Of a DNA stretch of 64,000 bases, positions 9,572-20,179 are shown piece by piece. Position numbers and translations under genes: made by a program. Source of the stretch: Alphaproteobacteria bacterium (GTDB taxonomy: Bacteria; Pseudomonadota; Alphaproteobacteria; MPNO01; UBA830); assembly GCA_965243135.1 (NCBI GenBank), contig OZ251539.1:5344001-5408000 (forward strand), written 5' to 3'. Within the stretch, counting starts at the first letter, position 1. Each line of letters opens with the position of its first letter. Under the pieces are notes generated by a model. That model was not told where the DNA came from. It did no database searches and saw only the letters and a list, made by a program, of their open reading frames with translations.

Positions 9572-10636
9572 TCAGCGAATGCGGCGCCCGTCCTCGCCGA
9601 ACAGGAAAAGGCGCTCGGGAGGGAAGCTCACGCCCAGAACGGCGCCTGCCGCGTAGGACGCGGCGCCGTCGGCCACCGCGATCAGATCCCGCTCGCCGCC
9701 GTAGTCGAAATAAAGCAGCGTATCCTTGCCCAGCGGCTCCACCAGATGGATCTTCTCCGAGAGATCGCCTGCCGCGCCGACGACAAGATGCTCGGGCCGG
9801 ATGCCGACGGTCGCGCGGCCCGGCGCGGCGTCCGCGAACGGAAGGTCGATCGCGACGCGCCCGCTCTCGAACCTGACCGACTCCCCGCTCCGGCGAATTT
9901 CCCCCGGAAACAGATTCATCGACGGACTGCCGAAGAAGTCGGCCACGAACTGCGAAACCGGGTCGCCGTAGATCTCGAGCGGCGTTCCGACCTGTTCGAT
10001 CTCGCCGCCGCGCATCACCACGATCCGGTCGGCGAGCGTCATCGCTTCTTCCTGGTCGTGGGTGACGTAGACGAACGTTCGCCCGAGCTCCTGATGGAGC
10101 CGGTCGACCTCGGCGCGCATCTCGCGCCGCAGCTTGGCGTCGAGGCTCGACAGCGGTTCGTCGAGCAGGTAGGTTCCGGGTTCCGTGATCAGGGTGCGCG
10201 CCAGCGCCACGCGCTGCGATTCGCCGCCCGAGCACTCGCCCGGCATCTTGTCGAGCAGATGGGCGATCCGGACCATTTCCGCCACCTCGAGCACGCGCCG
10301 CCGCCGCAGGTTCGCATCCATCTTCTGCATGCGCGGCCCGAACTCGATGTTCTGGGCGACCGTCTTGTGCGGAAACAGCGCGTGGCTCTGGAACACCATG
10401 CCGAGGCCGCGCTCGCCGGGCTCGAGATCGTTGATCGCCCTGCCGTTCATGAGGATCTCGCCGGCCGTGGGATCCTCGAACCCCGCGATCATGCGCAACG
10501 TCGTGGTCTTGCCGCAGCCGGACGGGCCGACCATGACCAGGAACTCGCCCTCCTCGATCGCGAGGTCGATGTTCTTGACGGCGACCACCGACCGGCCGAA
10601 TTCCTTGCGCAGCTTTCTGAGTTCGATTCGCGCCAT
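9572..10636 (-). CDS. CUT1-type ABC transporter ATP-binding protein
   Basis: GPSGCGKT, CSGGESQR, LLDEPLS and YVTHDQEEA. Confidence 0.95.
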   Translation of the reverse strand: MARIELRKLRKEFGRSVVAVKNIDLAIEEGEFLVMVGPSGCGKTTTLRMIAGFEDPTAGEILMNGRAINDLEPGERGLGMVFQSHALFPHKTVAQNIEFGPRMQKMDANLRRRRVLEVAEMVRIAHLLDKMPGECSGGESQRVALARTLITEPGTYLLDEPLSSLDAKLRREMRAEVDRLHQELGRTFVYVTHDQEEAMTLADRIVVMRGGEIEQVGTPLEIYGDPVSQFVADFFGSPSMNLFPGEIRRSGESVRFESGRVAIDLPFADAAPGRATVGIRPEHLVVGAAGDLSEKIHLVEPLGKDTLLYFDYGGERDLIAVADGAASYAAGAVLGVSFPPERLFLFGEDGRRIR

Positions 10637-11511
10637 TACCTTCTCACCATGCCGAAACTGAAGCCGCGGGCCAGATGCTTGCGGATCACCAGGCCGATGA
10701 TCACCAGCGGTATCGTGACGCCGACCGCGAGCGCCGCCTGCCGGCCGTAGACCCGGCCCTCGGTCGAACCCTCGTATTTGCTCAACTCGACGGGCAGCGT
10801 GACCACCTCCGTCTTGGACAGGATCAGCGCCAGCAGATATTCGCTCCATGTCAGGATCAGGATGAACAGGAAGGTCGCCACCAGGCCCGACCGGACCAGC
10901 GGCAGCACGACCTCCCAGATCGTTCGCCAGCGGCCGGCGCCCAGAATCATCGCGGCCTGCTCCACCTCCAGCGGCACCTCGTCGATGAAGCTCTTCGTCA
11001 TCCAGACCGCGTAGGGAAGGGTCGTCAGGAAGTAGACGGCGACCAGACCGATGACGGTGTCGAGCAGGCCGAGAGTCGCGTAGTAAAGCGAAAGCGGCGC
11101 GACGATGACGATCGGCGGCACCATGCGCAGCATCAGCAGTTGGAACATTCGCGTTTCCGAGATGATCCGGTAGCGCGAGGCGCCGTAGGCGATGATCGCT
11201 CCGAACCCGACCGCGAGGAAGGTCGAGGTCAGGGAGATGACCAGGCTGTTGCGGAGCGCGATCCAGGGCTTCTGCAGCGACTTGATGTACTGGGTGTCCT
11301 CGTATTCCGAGTAGTCGGTCCAGACGTTCAGGTAGTTCTTCAGGGTCGGCTCTTCGGACCAGTAGACGGGCGGCCAGGCGAACCATTCGTGATCCGGCTT
11401 GAACGACGTGGCGACGACCCAGAAGATCGGGAAGGCGACGATCGCCAGCCAGAGCAGCAGAACGGCGTAGCGTCCCGTCTCCGCGAGCCTCTTGCGGGTT
11501 CCGCGGGTCAC
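10636..11511 (-). CDS. ABC transporter permease (MalG-like)
   Basis: TM helices; EAA loop PLEVEQAAMILGA; GTG start overlaps the upstream stop. Confidence 0.93.
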   Translation of the reverse strand: MTRGTRKRLAETGRYAVLLLWLAIVAFPIFWVVATSFKPDHEWFAWPPVYWSEEPTLKNYLNVWTDYSEYEDTQYIKSLQKPWIALRNSLVISLTSTFLAVGFGAIIAYGASRYRIISETRMFQLLMLRMVPPIVIVAPLSLYYATLGLLDTVIGLVAVYFLTTLPYAVWMTKSFIDEVPLEVEQAAMILGAGRWRTIWEVVLPLVRSGLVATFLFILILTWSEYLLALILSKTEVVTLPVELSKYEGSTEGRVYGRQAALAVGVTIPLVIIGLVIRKHLARGFSFGMVRR

Positions 11512-12455
11512 CGCGCGGCCTCGCCGTACATCTGGTCGAGCGCCCGCTTCTCGCGGCGCAGCAGATGGATGGCCGCGAGCACGATGGCGATCATGATCAT
11601 CATCACGACGTAGGACATCGCCGCCCCTTTCGACACCTCGAAATACTGCCAGGTCGTGATGTAGAGGTAGATGGGGATGGTTTCGGTGGCCGAGCCCGGG
11701 CCGCCCTGGAACAGCGACCAGGCCTTGGGGAATTCGGCCATCGCCTCGAGGAAGCGCAGCACGATCGCGAGCACGATCACCGGACGCAGCAGCGGCAGCT
11801 GGATTTCCCGGAATATCCGCCATTTCGAGGCGCCGAGGACGCGGGCCGCCTCCTGCGGCTCCTTCGGCAGCGAGGCGAGGCCGGCGATCATGATGATGAA
11901 GGAGAAGGGCACCCAGTTCCAGATTTCGAGAATCATGACCGTGGTCAGCGCCATGCGGGCGTCCGCGAGCCAGATCACGTTCACGTCGCGGCCGGAGATC
12001 ATGCTCAGCACGTCGTTGATCGGCCCCTTCTGGTACAGCAGCATCTCGCCGGTGTAGGCGATCACGATCGGCACGGTGAGCATCGGCAGGATGAACGCGA
12101 TGTAGAAGAACGCCTGGCCGCGGAACGGGCGGTACATCAGGAGCGCGAGTCCGAAGCCGATGACGAAGCAGCCGAGGGTCGAGCCGCCCGCGAACAGCAG
12201 CGACCGGACGACGGCGGCGCCGAGCCGCGGGTCGGTGACGACCTCCTCGAAGATGTCCAGCGCCGCGAACTCGGCCTCCCACCAGCTGCCGAGGTAGATC
12301 GAGTATTCGTGGAAGGAGAAGTAGAGCTGGAGGAACAGCACCGGTGCCAGCACCGTTGCCATAAGCGCGAAGAAGACGCTCAAAACCGACCGCTTGAACC
12401 GGCGGACGGCCCGCGCCTGCGTCATTCCGCGCGCTGTCGCCGGTGCGTTGGTCAT
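11508..12455 (-). CDS. ABC transporter permease (MalF-like)
   Basis: TM helices; EPQEAARVLGASKWRIF. Confidence 0.93.
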   Translation of the reverse strand: MTNAPATARGMTQARAVRRFKRSVLSVFFALMATVLAPVLFLQLYFSFHEYSIYLGSWWEAEFAALDIFEEVVTDPRLGAAVVRSLLFAGGSTLGCFVIGFGLALLMYRPFRGQAFFYIAFILPMLTVPIVIAYTGEMLLYQKGPINDVLSMISGRDVNVIWLADARMALTTVMILEIWNWVPFSFIIMIAGLASLPKEPQEAARVLGASKWRIFREIQLPLLRPVIVLAIVLRFLEAMAEFPKAWSLFQGGPGSATETIPIYLYITTWQYFEVSKGAAMSYVVMMIMIAIVLAAIHLLRREKRALDQMYGEAAR

Positions 12456-12510
12456 TCCTGCGGCTCCCGCCGATTCCGGAGGCGCGCGGCGCGCCTCCGG
12501 AATCCGCCGA

Positions 12511-13944
12511 TCAGGTCGGGACGTCGACCTTGGGGAAGACGGCCTTGTAGCTCGCCAGCTCCTGCTTGAGCTTCCGCTTGCCGATCCGGCGGACGATCTT
12601 GCTCCAGGCTTCCTGCGTGTCCTTGAGCACGCGGTCCGCCTTCTTCTGCCCCACGTAGGCTTCGGACAGGTTCTTGGCGAGCTGGTCCTGGAACTCGAGG
12701 TAGCCGGTCAGGTAGATCGGCGGCGACGCGACCTTCAGGCAGGTTTCGATGGCGTCGATGCCGCCCGGGGTGTAGGCGGTCCTGACCTTGCCACTCGTCA
12801 TGTGTCCCTTGTGCCACGGATCGTGGAACGTGTTGACGCGGTCGGCGACGATTTCCTCGGAGTTCTTCAGCGTTCCCCACCACATCGCCATGTAGGCCGC
12901 CTTTTCCTTGTTCTTGGAGTGGCGGTTGACCAGGATCGCTCCCAGCGGCGAGGAGATGGAACGGTGGACGAGCTTGCCGGAGAACCGGGATCCGGGCGAC
13001 AGGCTGTAATGCCACTTGCCGGCGGTCTTCGACTTTTCGGGGTTCTCGTTGAGCGCGATGATGCCGTCCCAGTACTGGCACGAAAACGCCTTGCCGCCGG
13101 TGATCCGCGGGATCATCTGCGGGGTTCCCCAGCCCGGCGCCTCCGGATGCGAGACCTTCTTGACGTTCAGGTAGGTATCGACGGCGTAGCGTCCCGCGGG
13201 CGTGTCGAGCGTCGGGTTCATGTCGTCGTCGAACGGGAAGCCGCCCGCCGAGTAGAAGTACATGTACCACCACGTGACGCCGTTGGCGCGATTGCGCAGG
13301 TTGGCGGATCCGTACAGGTCCTGGTCGGGCCGGTGGAAGAACTCCATCAGCTGCTGGTCGTCCTCCCAGGTGACCGGATAATCCAGCTTCCTGCCGTGCT
13401 TGTCCTCGAACCGCTTACGCTCTTCCGGATTCTCCATCAGATCCTTGCGGGTGAACTGCACGTGCACGTTGCCGTCGGTCGGAACGCCGTAGGTCTTGCC
13501 CTTGTAACGCATGAAGTTGCCGTAGGTGCCGACCGCGTCGATGCCGAAGCTCGCCTTCTCCATGTAGTCGTCCAGCGGCTCGAGCAGCCCGGCCGAGGCG
13601 AGCGACGGGATCATGTTGGAGTCGACGTGGAAGAAGTCGAACTCCGGAGAGCGGGACAGCGCCTCGGCCATGGCGCGCTGCGGGATGACGAAGATCGAAA
13701 TGTCCTGGATGCTGCCGACCCCGATGCCGGTCGCCTGCTTGAAGCGCTCCATCGAGGGCGTCATGGCGACGTAATAGTTCGACCAGATCATGCCCTTCAG
13801 GTTGCCGCCGCCGAGCCCCTTGGCGGCGGCGACGATGTTCTCGTTCTCCGTCGCGGCGAACGCCAGGCGCGGCAGGCCCGCGGCTCCGAGCGCGGCCACG
13901 CTCAGTCCGCCCCCGACGACGCTTCGTCTCGTGATGTTGTTCAT
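12511..13944 (-). CDS. ABC solute-binding protein with Tat signal
   Basis: ITRRSVV twin-arginine signal; LEPLDDY and YKGKTYGVPTDG (SBP_bac_1/8 style). Confidence 0.92.
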   Translation of the reverse strand: MNNITRRSVVGGGLSVAALGAAGLPRLAFAATENENIVAAAKGLGGGNLKGMIWSNYYVAMTPSMERFKQATGIGVGSIQDISIFVIPQRAMAEALSRSPEFDFFHVDSNMIPSLASAGLLEPLDDYMEKASFGIDAVGTYGNFMRYKGKTYGVPTDGNVHVQFTRKDLMENPEERKRFEDKHGRKLDYPVTWEDDQQLMEFFHRPDQDLYGSANLRNRANGVTWWYMYFYSAGGFPFDDDMNPTLDTPAGRYAVDTYLNVKKVSHPEAPGWGTPQMIPRITGGKAFSCQYWDGIIALNENPEKSKTAGKWHYSLSPGSRFSGKLVHRSISSPLGAILVNRHSKNKEKAAYMAMWWGTLKNSEEIVADRVNTFHDPWHKGHMTSGKVRTAYTPGGIDAIETCLKVASPPIYLTGYLEFQDQLAKNLSEAYVGQKKADRVLKDTQEAWSKIVRRIGKRKLKQELASYKAVFPKVDVPT

Positions 13945-14007
13945 TCCACTCGCCTCCCTTGATTGGATTGCGCGGCGAGAATAGCGGAACTCGGACGGCC
14001 GAACAAC

Positions 14008-14050
14008 AAATTGCACTATCGGAAAATTTTTGGCATTTTGGAAAATTCCG
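14008..14050. promoter_or_regulatory. AT-rich imperfect palindromic operator candidate in the ABC/coxM divergent region
   Basis: AATTTTTGGCATTTTGGAAAATTCCG; a close copy lies at 20144-20168. Confidence 0.55.
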
Positions 14051-14064
14051 CGAAGGGAGAATCG

Positions 14065-14922
14065 ATGAAAGCGGCGCCGTTCACCTATCACGCTCCCGAA
14101 TCGCTCGACGAACTCATGGGGCTGCTGCCCGGCATCGAGAACGCCAGGCTGCTCGCGGGCGGACAGTCGCTCGTGCCCATGCTGAACATGCGCTACGCGA
14201 CGCCGGATCATTTGGTCGACCTGAACGGGATCGCGGCCCTCTCCGGCGTTCGCGACCGGGGCGACGCGATCGAGATCGGCTCCATGACGCGCCAGGCGGC
14301 GCTGGCGGACGCGCTGGCGTCGTTTCCGGTCCTTGCGGACGCGCTGGCGCACGTCGGTCATTTCCAGACGCGGAACCGCGGCACGATCGGCGGCAGCCTG
14401 TGCCATCTGGATCCCTCCGCGGAACTGCCCTGCGTCGCCGCCGCCGTCGGCGCGCGGCTGGCGGTGCGCGGGCCGGACGGCGCGCGCGAAGCGGCAATGG
14501 CCGACTGGCCGGTTTCCTACATGACCCCCGATCTTCGGGAGAACGAGGTGCTGACCGCGATTCGCATCCCCAAGGACGCGGCTCTGGAGGGGCAGGCGTT
14601 CGAGGAGTTCGCGCGGCGGCACGGCGATTTCGCGATCGTCGGCGTGGCCGCCATGATCTCGCTCGACGGCGGCCGGGTGAAGCGGGCGGCGGTCGCCGTC
14701 GCCGGCGCGGGTCCGGTCCCGATCCGGCTCTCAGAAATCGAGGCCGCGCTCGAAGGCGAGGCCGCCGACGGCCCGGCCTTCGGCGAAGCCGCGGCTCAGG
14801 CCGCCGAAATCGACGCCATGGACGACGCTTACGCGAGCGCTTCCTACCGCCGGCGGCTCGCGGGCGTCCTCGTCGAGCGCGCGCTCGTCCGGGCGGCGGC
14901 GCGCGCGGGGGCGGCAGCATGA
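14065..14922 (+). CDS. Molybdenum hydroxylase FAD subunit (CoxM/CutM-like)
   Basis: LAGGQSLVPMLNMR, RNRGTIGGSLCH and RRHGDFA. Confidence 0.93.
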   Translation: MKAAPFTYHAPESLDELMGLLPGIENARLLAGGQSLVPMLNMRYATPDHLVDLNGIAALSGVRDRGDAIEIGSMTRQAALADALASFPVLADALAHVGHFQTRNRGTIGGSLCHLDPSAELPCVAAAVGARLAVRGPDGAREAAMADWPVSYMTPDLRENEVLTAIRIPKDAALEGQAFEEFARRHGDFAIVGVAAMISLDGGRVKRAAVAVAGAGPVPIRLSEIEAALEGEAADGPAFGEAAAQAAEIDAMDDAYASASYRRRLAGVLVERALVRAAARAGAAA

Positions 14923-15386
14923 AGATCTCCCTGACGGTGAACGGACGGCGCCGCGAGGCGGAGGTCGAGGACCGCATGCATCTCGGCGACTTTCTCCGCC
15001 GCGAACTGCGCCTGACGGGCACGCATCTCGGTTGCGAGCACGGCGCCTGCGGCGCGTGCACCGTGCTGGTCGACGGCGCCGCGGTGCGGTCCTGCCTGAT
15101 GCTGGCGGTGCAGGCGCGGGGAACCGAGGTGACCACCGTCGAAGGACTCGCCGCGGACGGCGAGCTCTCGCCGCTGCAGCAGGCGTTCCGGGAGCATCAC
15201 GCGTTGCAATGCGGGTTCTGCACGCCGGGCATGCTGATGTCGCTGACCGCGTGGCTGCGCGACAACCCGGCGCCCGCCGAGCGCGACGTGCGGGAAGCGC
15301 TTTCCGGCAACATCTGCCGTTGCACCGGCTATCAGCCGATCGTGGCCGCGGCGCTCGCGGCGGCCGGCGGGAAGGAGAAGGTCTGA
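14919..15386 (+). CDS. Molybdenum hydroxylase 2x[2Fe-2S] subunit (CoxS/CutS-like)
   Basis: GCEHGACGACTV, QCGFCTPG and CRCTGY. Confidence 0.95.
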   Translation: MKISLTVNGRRREAEVEDRMHLGDFLRRELRLTGTHLGCEHGACGACTVLVDGAAVRSCLMLAVQARGTEVTTVEGLAADGELSPLQQAFREHHALQCGFCTPGMLMSLTAWLRDNPAPAERDVREALSGNICRCTGYQPIVAAALAAAGGKEKV

Positions 15387-17707
15387 TGGGCGTCAGGTAT
15401 TTCGGCGCCGAGGTGCGGCGCGTCGAGGATCCCAGGCTGATCACCGGAAACGGACGCTACGTCGACGACATCGAATTGCCCGGCATGCTGGAAGCCGCGT
15501 TCGTGCGCTCGACCCATGCGCACGCCCGGATTCGAGGGATCGACTCGTCGGCGGCCGCGGCGCTGCCCGGCGTGCGCGCGGTCCTGACGCTGGCGGATCT
15601 CGGCGACGGCTTTCGCGGCAAGGCGATGGTCCAGCCCTATCCGGCGCCCGTCCTGAAGCAGTCGATCACGCAGTATCCGCTCGCCGGCGAAGAGGTTTGC
15701 CACGTCGGCGAGGCGATCGCCGTCGTCGTGGCCGAAAGCCGGCACCTGGCCGAGGACGGCGCGGCGCTGGTCGAGGTCGACTACGAACCCCTTCCCGCGA
15801 TCGTCGATTGCCGCGAGGCGGCGGAACCGGGCGCGGCGCTCGCCCATGCGGGATCGCCGGACAACGTCGTCGCCGAGCTCGGGGCGCGTTTCGGCGACGT
15901 CGACGCGGCCTTCGGCCGCGCCGCCCACGTGTTCCGCGAACGCTTTCAGCAGCACCGCGGCGGCTGCCATGCGATGGAATGCCGCGGCGTGATCGCCGAA
16001 GACCGCCCGTACGAGGGGCTCACGATCCATTCGTCCACCCAGTGCCCGTACCTCGTGCGGCGGAACGTCGCCGCCTATCTCGGGCGCGACGAGGGACGCG
16101 TCCGGGTGATCGCGCCCGACGTCGGCGGCGGCTTCGGTCCCAAGGCGGGCGTCTACGCCGAGGAGATCGCGATACCGCTCGCCGCCTCCCGGCTCGGGCG
16201 GCCCGTGAAGTGGATCGAGGACCGGCGCGAGCACTTCGTGGCGACCAATACCCAGCGCGATCAGGCGTGGGATCTCGAGGCCTCGGTCGACGCCGACGGG
16301 AGGCTGCTCGCCGTGCGCGGACGGATCGTCCACGACAACGGCGCTTACGTGCCCTACGGGCTGCTTCTTCCCATGACGACGCTCACCCCGCTGCCCGGGC
16401 CATACGCCGTTCCGGCGCTCGACGTATCGATGACGGTCGTGTTCACCAACACCACGCCGAATTCTCCCATACGCGGCGCGGGACGGCCGAACGCGGCCTA
16501 CGCCATGGAGCGCCTGATGGCCCGGATCGCGCGCGAACTCGGCATCGACCAGGCGGAAGTCCGGCGGCGCAACTTCGTGCGGCCGGATCAGTTTCCCTAC
16601 GCCTGCGGCCAGAAGTTCCGCGACGGCTCGCCGATCAGATACGACAGCGGCGATTACGGCGGCTGCCTCGACAAGGCCCTGGCGCTCGCCGATTACGAGG
16701 GCTTTCCGCGGAGGCAGGCGGAGGCGCGCGCTCGCGGGCGCTATCTGGGCGTCGGCGTCTCCAGCTGCATAGAGGACACCGGCGTCGGCCCCTACGAAGG
16801 CGCGACGGTCCGCATCCAGCCCGACGGCAAGGTGCTGGTGCAGACGGGCGCGGCGAGCCAGGGGCAGGGCCACGCGACCATGCTGGCGCAGGTCTGCGCC
16901 GACCGTCTGGACGTCGGCGTCGACGACGTCCACGTGATCTCCGCCGACACGGGCATGTTTCCGCAGGGGGTGGGGACGATCGGCAGCCGGGTGGCGGTCA
17001 ACGCCTGCACGGCCGCGTTCTCGGCCGCGAACGAGGTGCGGGACAAGGCGCTGCGGCTCGCCGCCGAAGTCCTGGAGGCGTCGGTCGAGGATCTGTCGGT
17101 CGAGGACGGCGTCGTCCGGGTCGCCGGCGTTCCCGACATGAAGGTCTCGTACGGCGACCTCGCTCGGCAGCTGGCGCCGATGGTGGCGGGCAAGGTGCCG
17201 GAGGGTTTTTCGCCCGGTCTCGAAGCGACTTCGTGGGACGCCTCCGAGGGAATGCCGACCGCGGCCGGCTCCAACGTCGCGGAGGTCGAGGTGGACATCG
17301 GCACCGGCGAGGTGCGCGTGCTGCACTATTCGGTCGGGCACGACTGCGGCCGCATGATCAATCCGATGATGGTGGACGGCCAGATCGTCGGCGGCGTCGT
17401 GCACGGCATCGGAAACGCGCTGTTCGAACGCATGCATTACGACGAATCGGGACAGCCGCTGAACACGAACTACGGCGAGTATCTTCTGCCGCTCGCTTCC
17501 GAGATGCCGCCGGTCGCGATCGCCCATCAGGAGACGCCGTCGCCGTTCAATCCGCTCGGCATAAAGGGAGCAGGGGAGGGCGGCACGATTCCGGCGGCGC
17601 CCGCGGTGGTCGCCGCGATCGAAAACGCGCTCGAGCCGTTCGGCGCCGTCGTCGATGCCTATCCGGTCAGTCCGGAGGACATTTGCGCGCTGATCGACGC
17701 GGGATAG
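15386..17707 (+). CDS. Xanthine dehydrogenase-family molybdopterin large subunit (CoxL-like, not form I CODH)
   Basis: VGGGFGPK, SQGQGH and KGAGEGG; active-site loop reads SPIRGAGR rather than AYRCSFR. Confidence 0.93.
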   Translation: MGVRYFGAEVRRVEDPRLITGNGRYVDDIELPGMLEAAFVRSTHAHARIRGIDSSAAAALPGVRAVLTLADLGDGFRGKAMVQPYPAPVLKQSITQYPLAGEEVCHVGEAIAVVVAESRHLAEDGAALVEVDYEPLPAIVDCREAAEPGAALAHAGSPDNVVAELGARFGDVDAAFGRAAHVFRERFQQHRGGCHAMECRGVIAEDRPYEGLTIHSSTQCPYLVRRNVAAYLGRDEGRVRVIAPDVGGGFGPKAGVYAEEIAIPLAASRLGRPVKWIEDRREHFVATNTQRDQAWDLEASVDADGRLLAVRGRIVHDNGAYVPYGLLLPMTTLTPLPGPYAVPALDVSMTVVFTNTTPNSPIRGAGRPNAAYAMERLMARIARELGIDQAEVRRRNFVRPDQFPYACGQKFRDGSPIRYDSGDYGGCLDKALALADYEGFPRRQAEARARGRYLGVGVSSCIEDTGVGPYEGATVRIQPDGKVLVQTGAASQGQGHATMLAQVCADRLDVGVDDVHVISADTGMFPQGVGTIGSRVAVNACTAAFSAANEVRDKALRLAAEVLEASVEDLSVEDGVVRVAGVPDMKVSYGDLARQLAPMVAGKVPEGFSPGLEATSWDASEGMPTAAGSNVAEVEVDIGTGEVRVLHYSVGHDCGRMINPMMVDGQIVGGVVHGIGNALFERMHYDESGQPLNTNYGEYLLPLASEMPPVAIAHQETPSPFNPLGIKGAGEGGTIPAAPAVVAAIENALEPFGAVVDAYPVSPEDICALIDAG

Positions 17708-18338
17708 GCGATCTGCGGGACAGCAGGGCTTCCACCGCGTCGGCCGACTCGCCGCTTCCCGGCGGGCTCAGCCAGATCATGAGGATCTCGGCGTCGCCGT
17801 CGCCCGCGGTCGTGTAGGTGTGGGCCATCCGGCTGTCGAGGTAGAGGCTGTCGCCGGTTTCGAGCCGCACCGGCTCGTAATGCTCCGTGTGAACGTCCAC
17901 CGGGCCCCTGAGGACGTAGACGAACTCCTCGCCCGAATGGCTCAGCAGCCCGTCGCCGTCGGCCGGGGCGCGGCTGCGCACGCGCTCGACCAGCGGCGTC
18001 ATGCGCTTGCGCTGGATATTGCCGCATAACGGCCAGATGTCGTAGCTCGGCGTGGATCTGAACCGCGCCTCTCCGGCCCGGGTGACCGTCATTCTCGCCG
18101 CCTTCGACCGGTCCTCCTCGTCCAGCGCGACGAGCTCGCCGAGCGGGACGCCCAGGCCTTCCGCCAGCCGCATGAGGTTCGCGAAGGTCGGCGACACCTG
18201 GTCGTTCTCGATCTTGGACAGCGCCGAAATCGAGATCCCGGTGGCGGCGGACACCGCCGACAGGGTCATGCCGAGCCGCTTGCGGTAATTGCGCACCCGC
18301 GCGCCCAGGGAAGCCGCCTCTTGGGCCGGTTCCGTCAT
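17667..18338 (-). CDS. XRE-cupin transcriptional regulator
   Basis: HTH_3 (LSKIENDQVSPT) plus cupin (HSGEEFVYVLRG, DSRMAH). Confidence 0.92.
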   Translation of the reverse strand: MTEPAQEAASLGARVRNYRKRLGMTLSAVSAATGISISALSKIENDQVSPTFANLMRLAEGLGVPLGELVALDEEDRSKAARMTVTRAGEARFRSTPSYDIWPLCGNIQRKRMTPLVERVRSRAPADGDGLLSHSGEEFVYVLRGPVDVHTEHYEPVRLETGDSLYLDSRMAHTYTTAGDGDAEILMIWLSPPGSGESADAVEALLSRRSPIPRRSARKCPPD

Positions 18339-18354
18339 GTCCGGGCGCGGCGGG

Positions 18355-20091
18355 TCAGCCGGCGGGTATCGTCGGCAGCAGGAGATGGGACGGGCGGTCG
18401 GGTCCCGCATGCAGCGTCACGTCGCCGCCGAATATCGAAGCCGGCCGGTCGCCCGGGTCGTCGTGCTTGAAGGGCCCCACTCCCGTGAACACCGCGCCCA
18501 GCGTGCCAAGGCCGGCTCCCGCGCCGCCGGGCCATTCGTAATCCCGGCCCCGCACCGTGAGGCCGATGCGGTATCCCCGCGGCACGACGATGCAGCTGGG
18601 CCATATCTCGACGTCGAGCCTGTAGATTTCGCCGGGCGAGAGCGGCTGTTTCTCGTCGTGCGCATGGTACGGGCGCCAGGGAAGGGACAGTTCCTCGTCG
18701 AGCTTGCGGTGCGAGGCGCGCAGCCAGCCTTGCGCCACCGGCGTGTGCGGATCGAGGGCGCCCTGGAAGGTGACCTCCTTCAGGTCGGGCGAGAAGACGC
18801 GGACGACGAGGAACAGGTCGGCGTCTTCCGTCGCCGACGATATCCAGAGCGCGGCCGCCATCGGTCCGGTGATCTCGATTTCCTCCTCCGCCGGCGGGGC
18901 GAGAAAGGTCACGCCGTCGCCGAGACCCGCATAGGTCACGCTGCCCGTCGCCGGCTCCCCGGCCAGGGCGCAGTTTCCGGGATCGAGGTAGAGCTTCCTC
19001 CATTCCGTGCGCGGGATCGGCCAGTCCTCCTCGTGCCGTTCGACGAACTTTTCGCCGGGGGAGCGAATCTGGAGCTGAACCCTTGGCTGTTCCGCCCAGC
19101 CGGTGTCCTCGCCCTTGAGGAAATGCCCGAAGAACTTTTTCTGGAGGGCGACGCCGTAATCCGTGTAGAACTCGGTCCAGTGCTCGATGCCGTGGACTTC
19201 GAGCCATTTGCTGTCGCTTTTCGAGCGCGCGAAGCCCTCGAAATTGCCGCGCGGGTGCAGGCCCTGGCCTCCCCAGTTGGCCGACGACAGCAACGGCACC
19301 TCGACCTTCGACCAGTCGGGCATGCGCGACCGCCAGTATTCGGCGCTGTCGAGCGGGTTGTCGCGGCAGTCCTGCCAGAAGTCCCGCCGGTTGCCGCCGA
19401 GTTCCTCGGCGGTCAGCGTTTCCGGTCCGGCGACCCAGTCGCCGTTCATGCGGCTGCGGTAGCCGGCGGCGCCCTTGCCGTGCTGGACGGAGGTCACCTG
19501 GGACGGGAACCACGCCCTGCCGAAGCTGCACAGGATGCCGCCGTGATGGGAGAGGTCGCGATAGAAATCGGCCGCGCCTTCCCAGACGCAGATCGCGGCG
19601 AGATGGGGCGGCTGCAAGGCGGCCACTTGCCACTGGTTCATCGCGTAATAGGAGATGCCGTTCGCGCCGACCTTGCCGTTCGACCAGTCGCGCGTGCCGG
19701 CCCACTCGATGCAGTCGTGGAAATCCCGCGCCTCGCGCGCCGACCAGATGTCGAGCGTTCCCGGCGAGCGTCCGGCGCCGCGGGAATCGACGCGGACGAC
19801 CGCGTAGCCGTCCGGCACCCATTTCTCGGGATCGACGACCTCCCAGTTCTGGTACTTGTTGGTGGATCCCGCCACCACGTCGGGGTGCTCTTCGGCCATG
19901 CGGCGCCACTGGTCGGTGTACAGATCCTCGAAATGCAGGAGCTTGCCGTAGGGGCCGTAGGAGATGATCGCCGGATAGCGGCCGTCCTCCGCCGGCCTGT
20001 AGACGTCGCACATCAACTCGACGCCGTCGTCCATGGCGATCGGGACGTCCCATTCGATCCTCATGCCGTCCCGGTATTCCGTTCCGCTCAT
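18355..20091 (-). CDS. CocE/NonD family hydrolase
   Basis: VDSRGAGRSPG, nucleophile GISYYA, GWLRASHR and LLLP at the C-terminus. Confidence 0.92.
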   Translation of the reverse strand: MSGTEYRDGMRIEWDVPIAMDDGVELMCDVYRPAEDGRYPAIISYGPYGKLLHFEDLYTDQWRRMAEEHPDVVAGSTNKYQNWEVVDPEKWVPDGYAVVRVDSRGAGRSPGTLDIWSAREARDFHDCIEWAGTRDWSNGKVGANGISYYAMNQWQVAALQPPHLAAICVWEGAADFYRDLSHHGGILCSFGRAWFPSQVTSVQHGKGAAGYRSRMNGDWVAGPETLTAEELGGNRRDFWQDCRDNPLDSAEYWRSRMPDWSKVEVPLLSSANWGGQGLHPRGNFEGFARSKSDSKWLEVHGIEHWTEFYTDYGVALQKKFFGHFLKGEDTGWAEQPRVQLQIRSPGEKFVERHEEDWPIPRTEWRKLYLDPGNCALAGEPATGSVTYAGLGDGVTFLAPPAEEEIEITGPMAAALWISSATEDADLFLVVRVFSPDLKEVTFQGALDPHTPVAQGWLRASHRKLDEELSLPWRPYHAHDEKQPLSPGEIYRLDVEIWPSCIVVPRGYRIGLTVRGRDYEWPGGAGAGLGTLGAVFTGVGPFKHDDPGDRPASIFGGDVTLHAGPDRPSHLLLPTIPAG

Positions 20092-20127
20092 ATTCGTCCC
20101 CCGGCGCGCCAGACTCGACCTGTTCGA

Positions 20128-20168
20128 GATTTTCTTATACGACAATTTTCGGCATCGGGAAAATTCCG
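20128..20168. promoter_or_regulatory. AT-rich palindromic operator candidate in the cocE/isochorismatase divergent region
   Basis: AATTTTC-N8-GAAAATT (20144-20165), similar to 14025-14050. Confidence 0.55.
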
Positions 20169-20179
20169 GGAGAGGCGCC

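Noticed and set aside
14065-17707. Aerobic CO dehydrogenase
   Set aside because: Lacks the form I AYRCSFR motif and the coxDEFG accessory genes.
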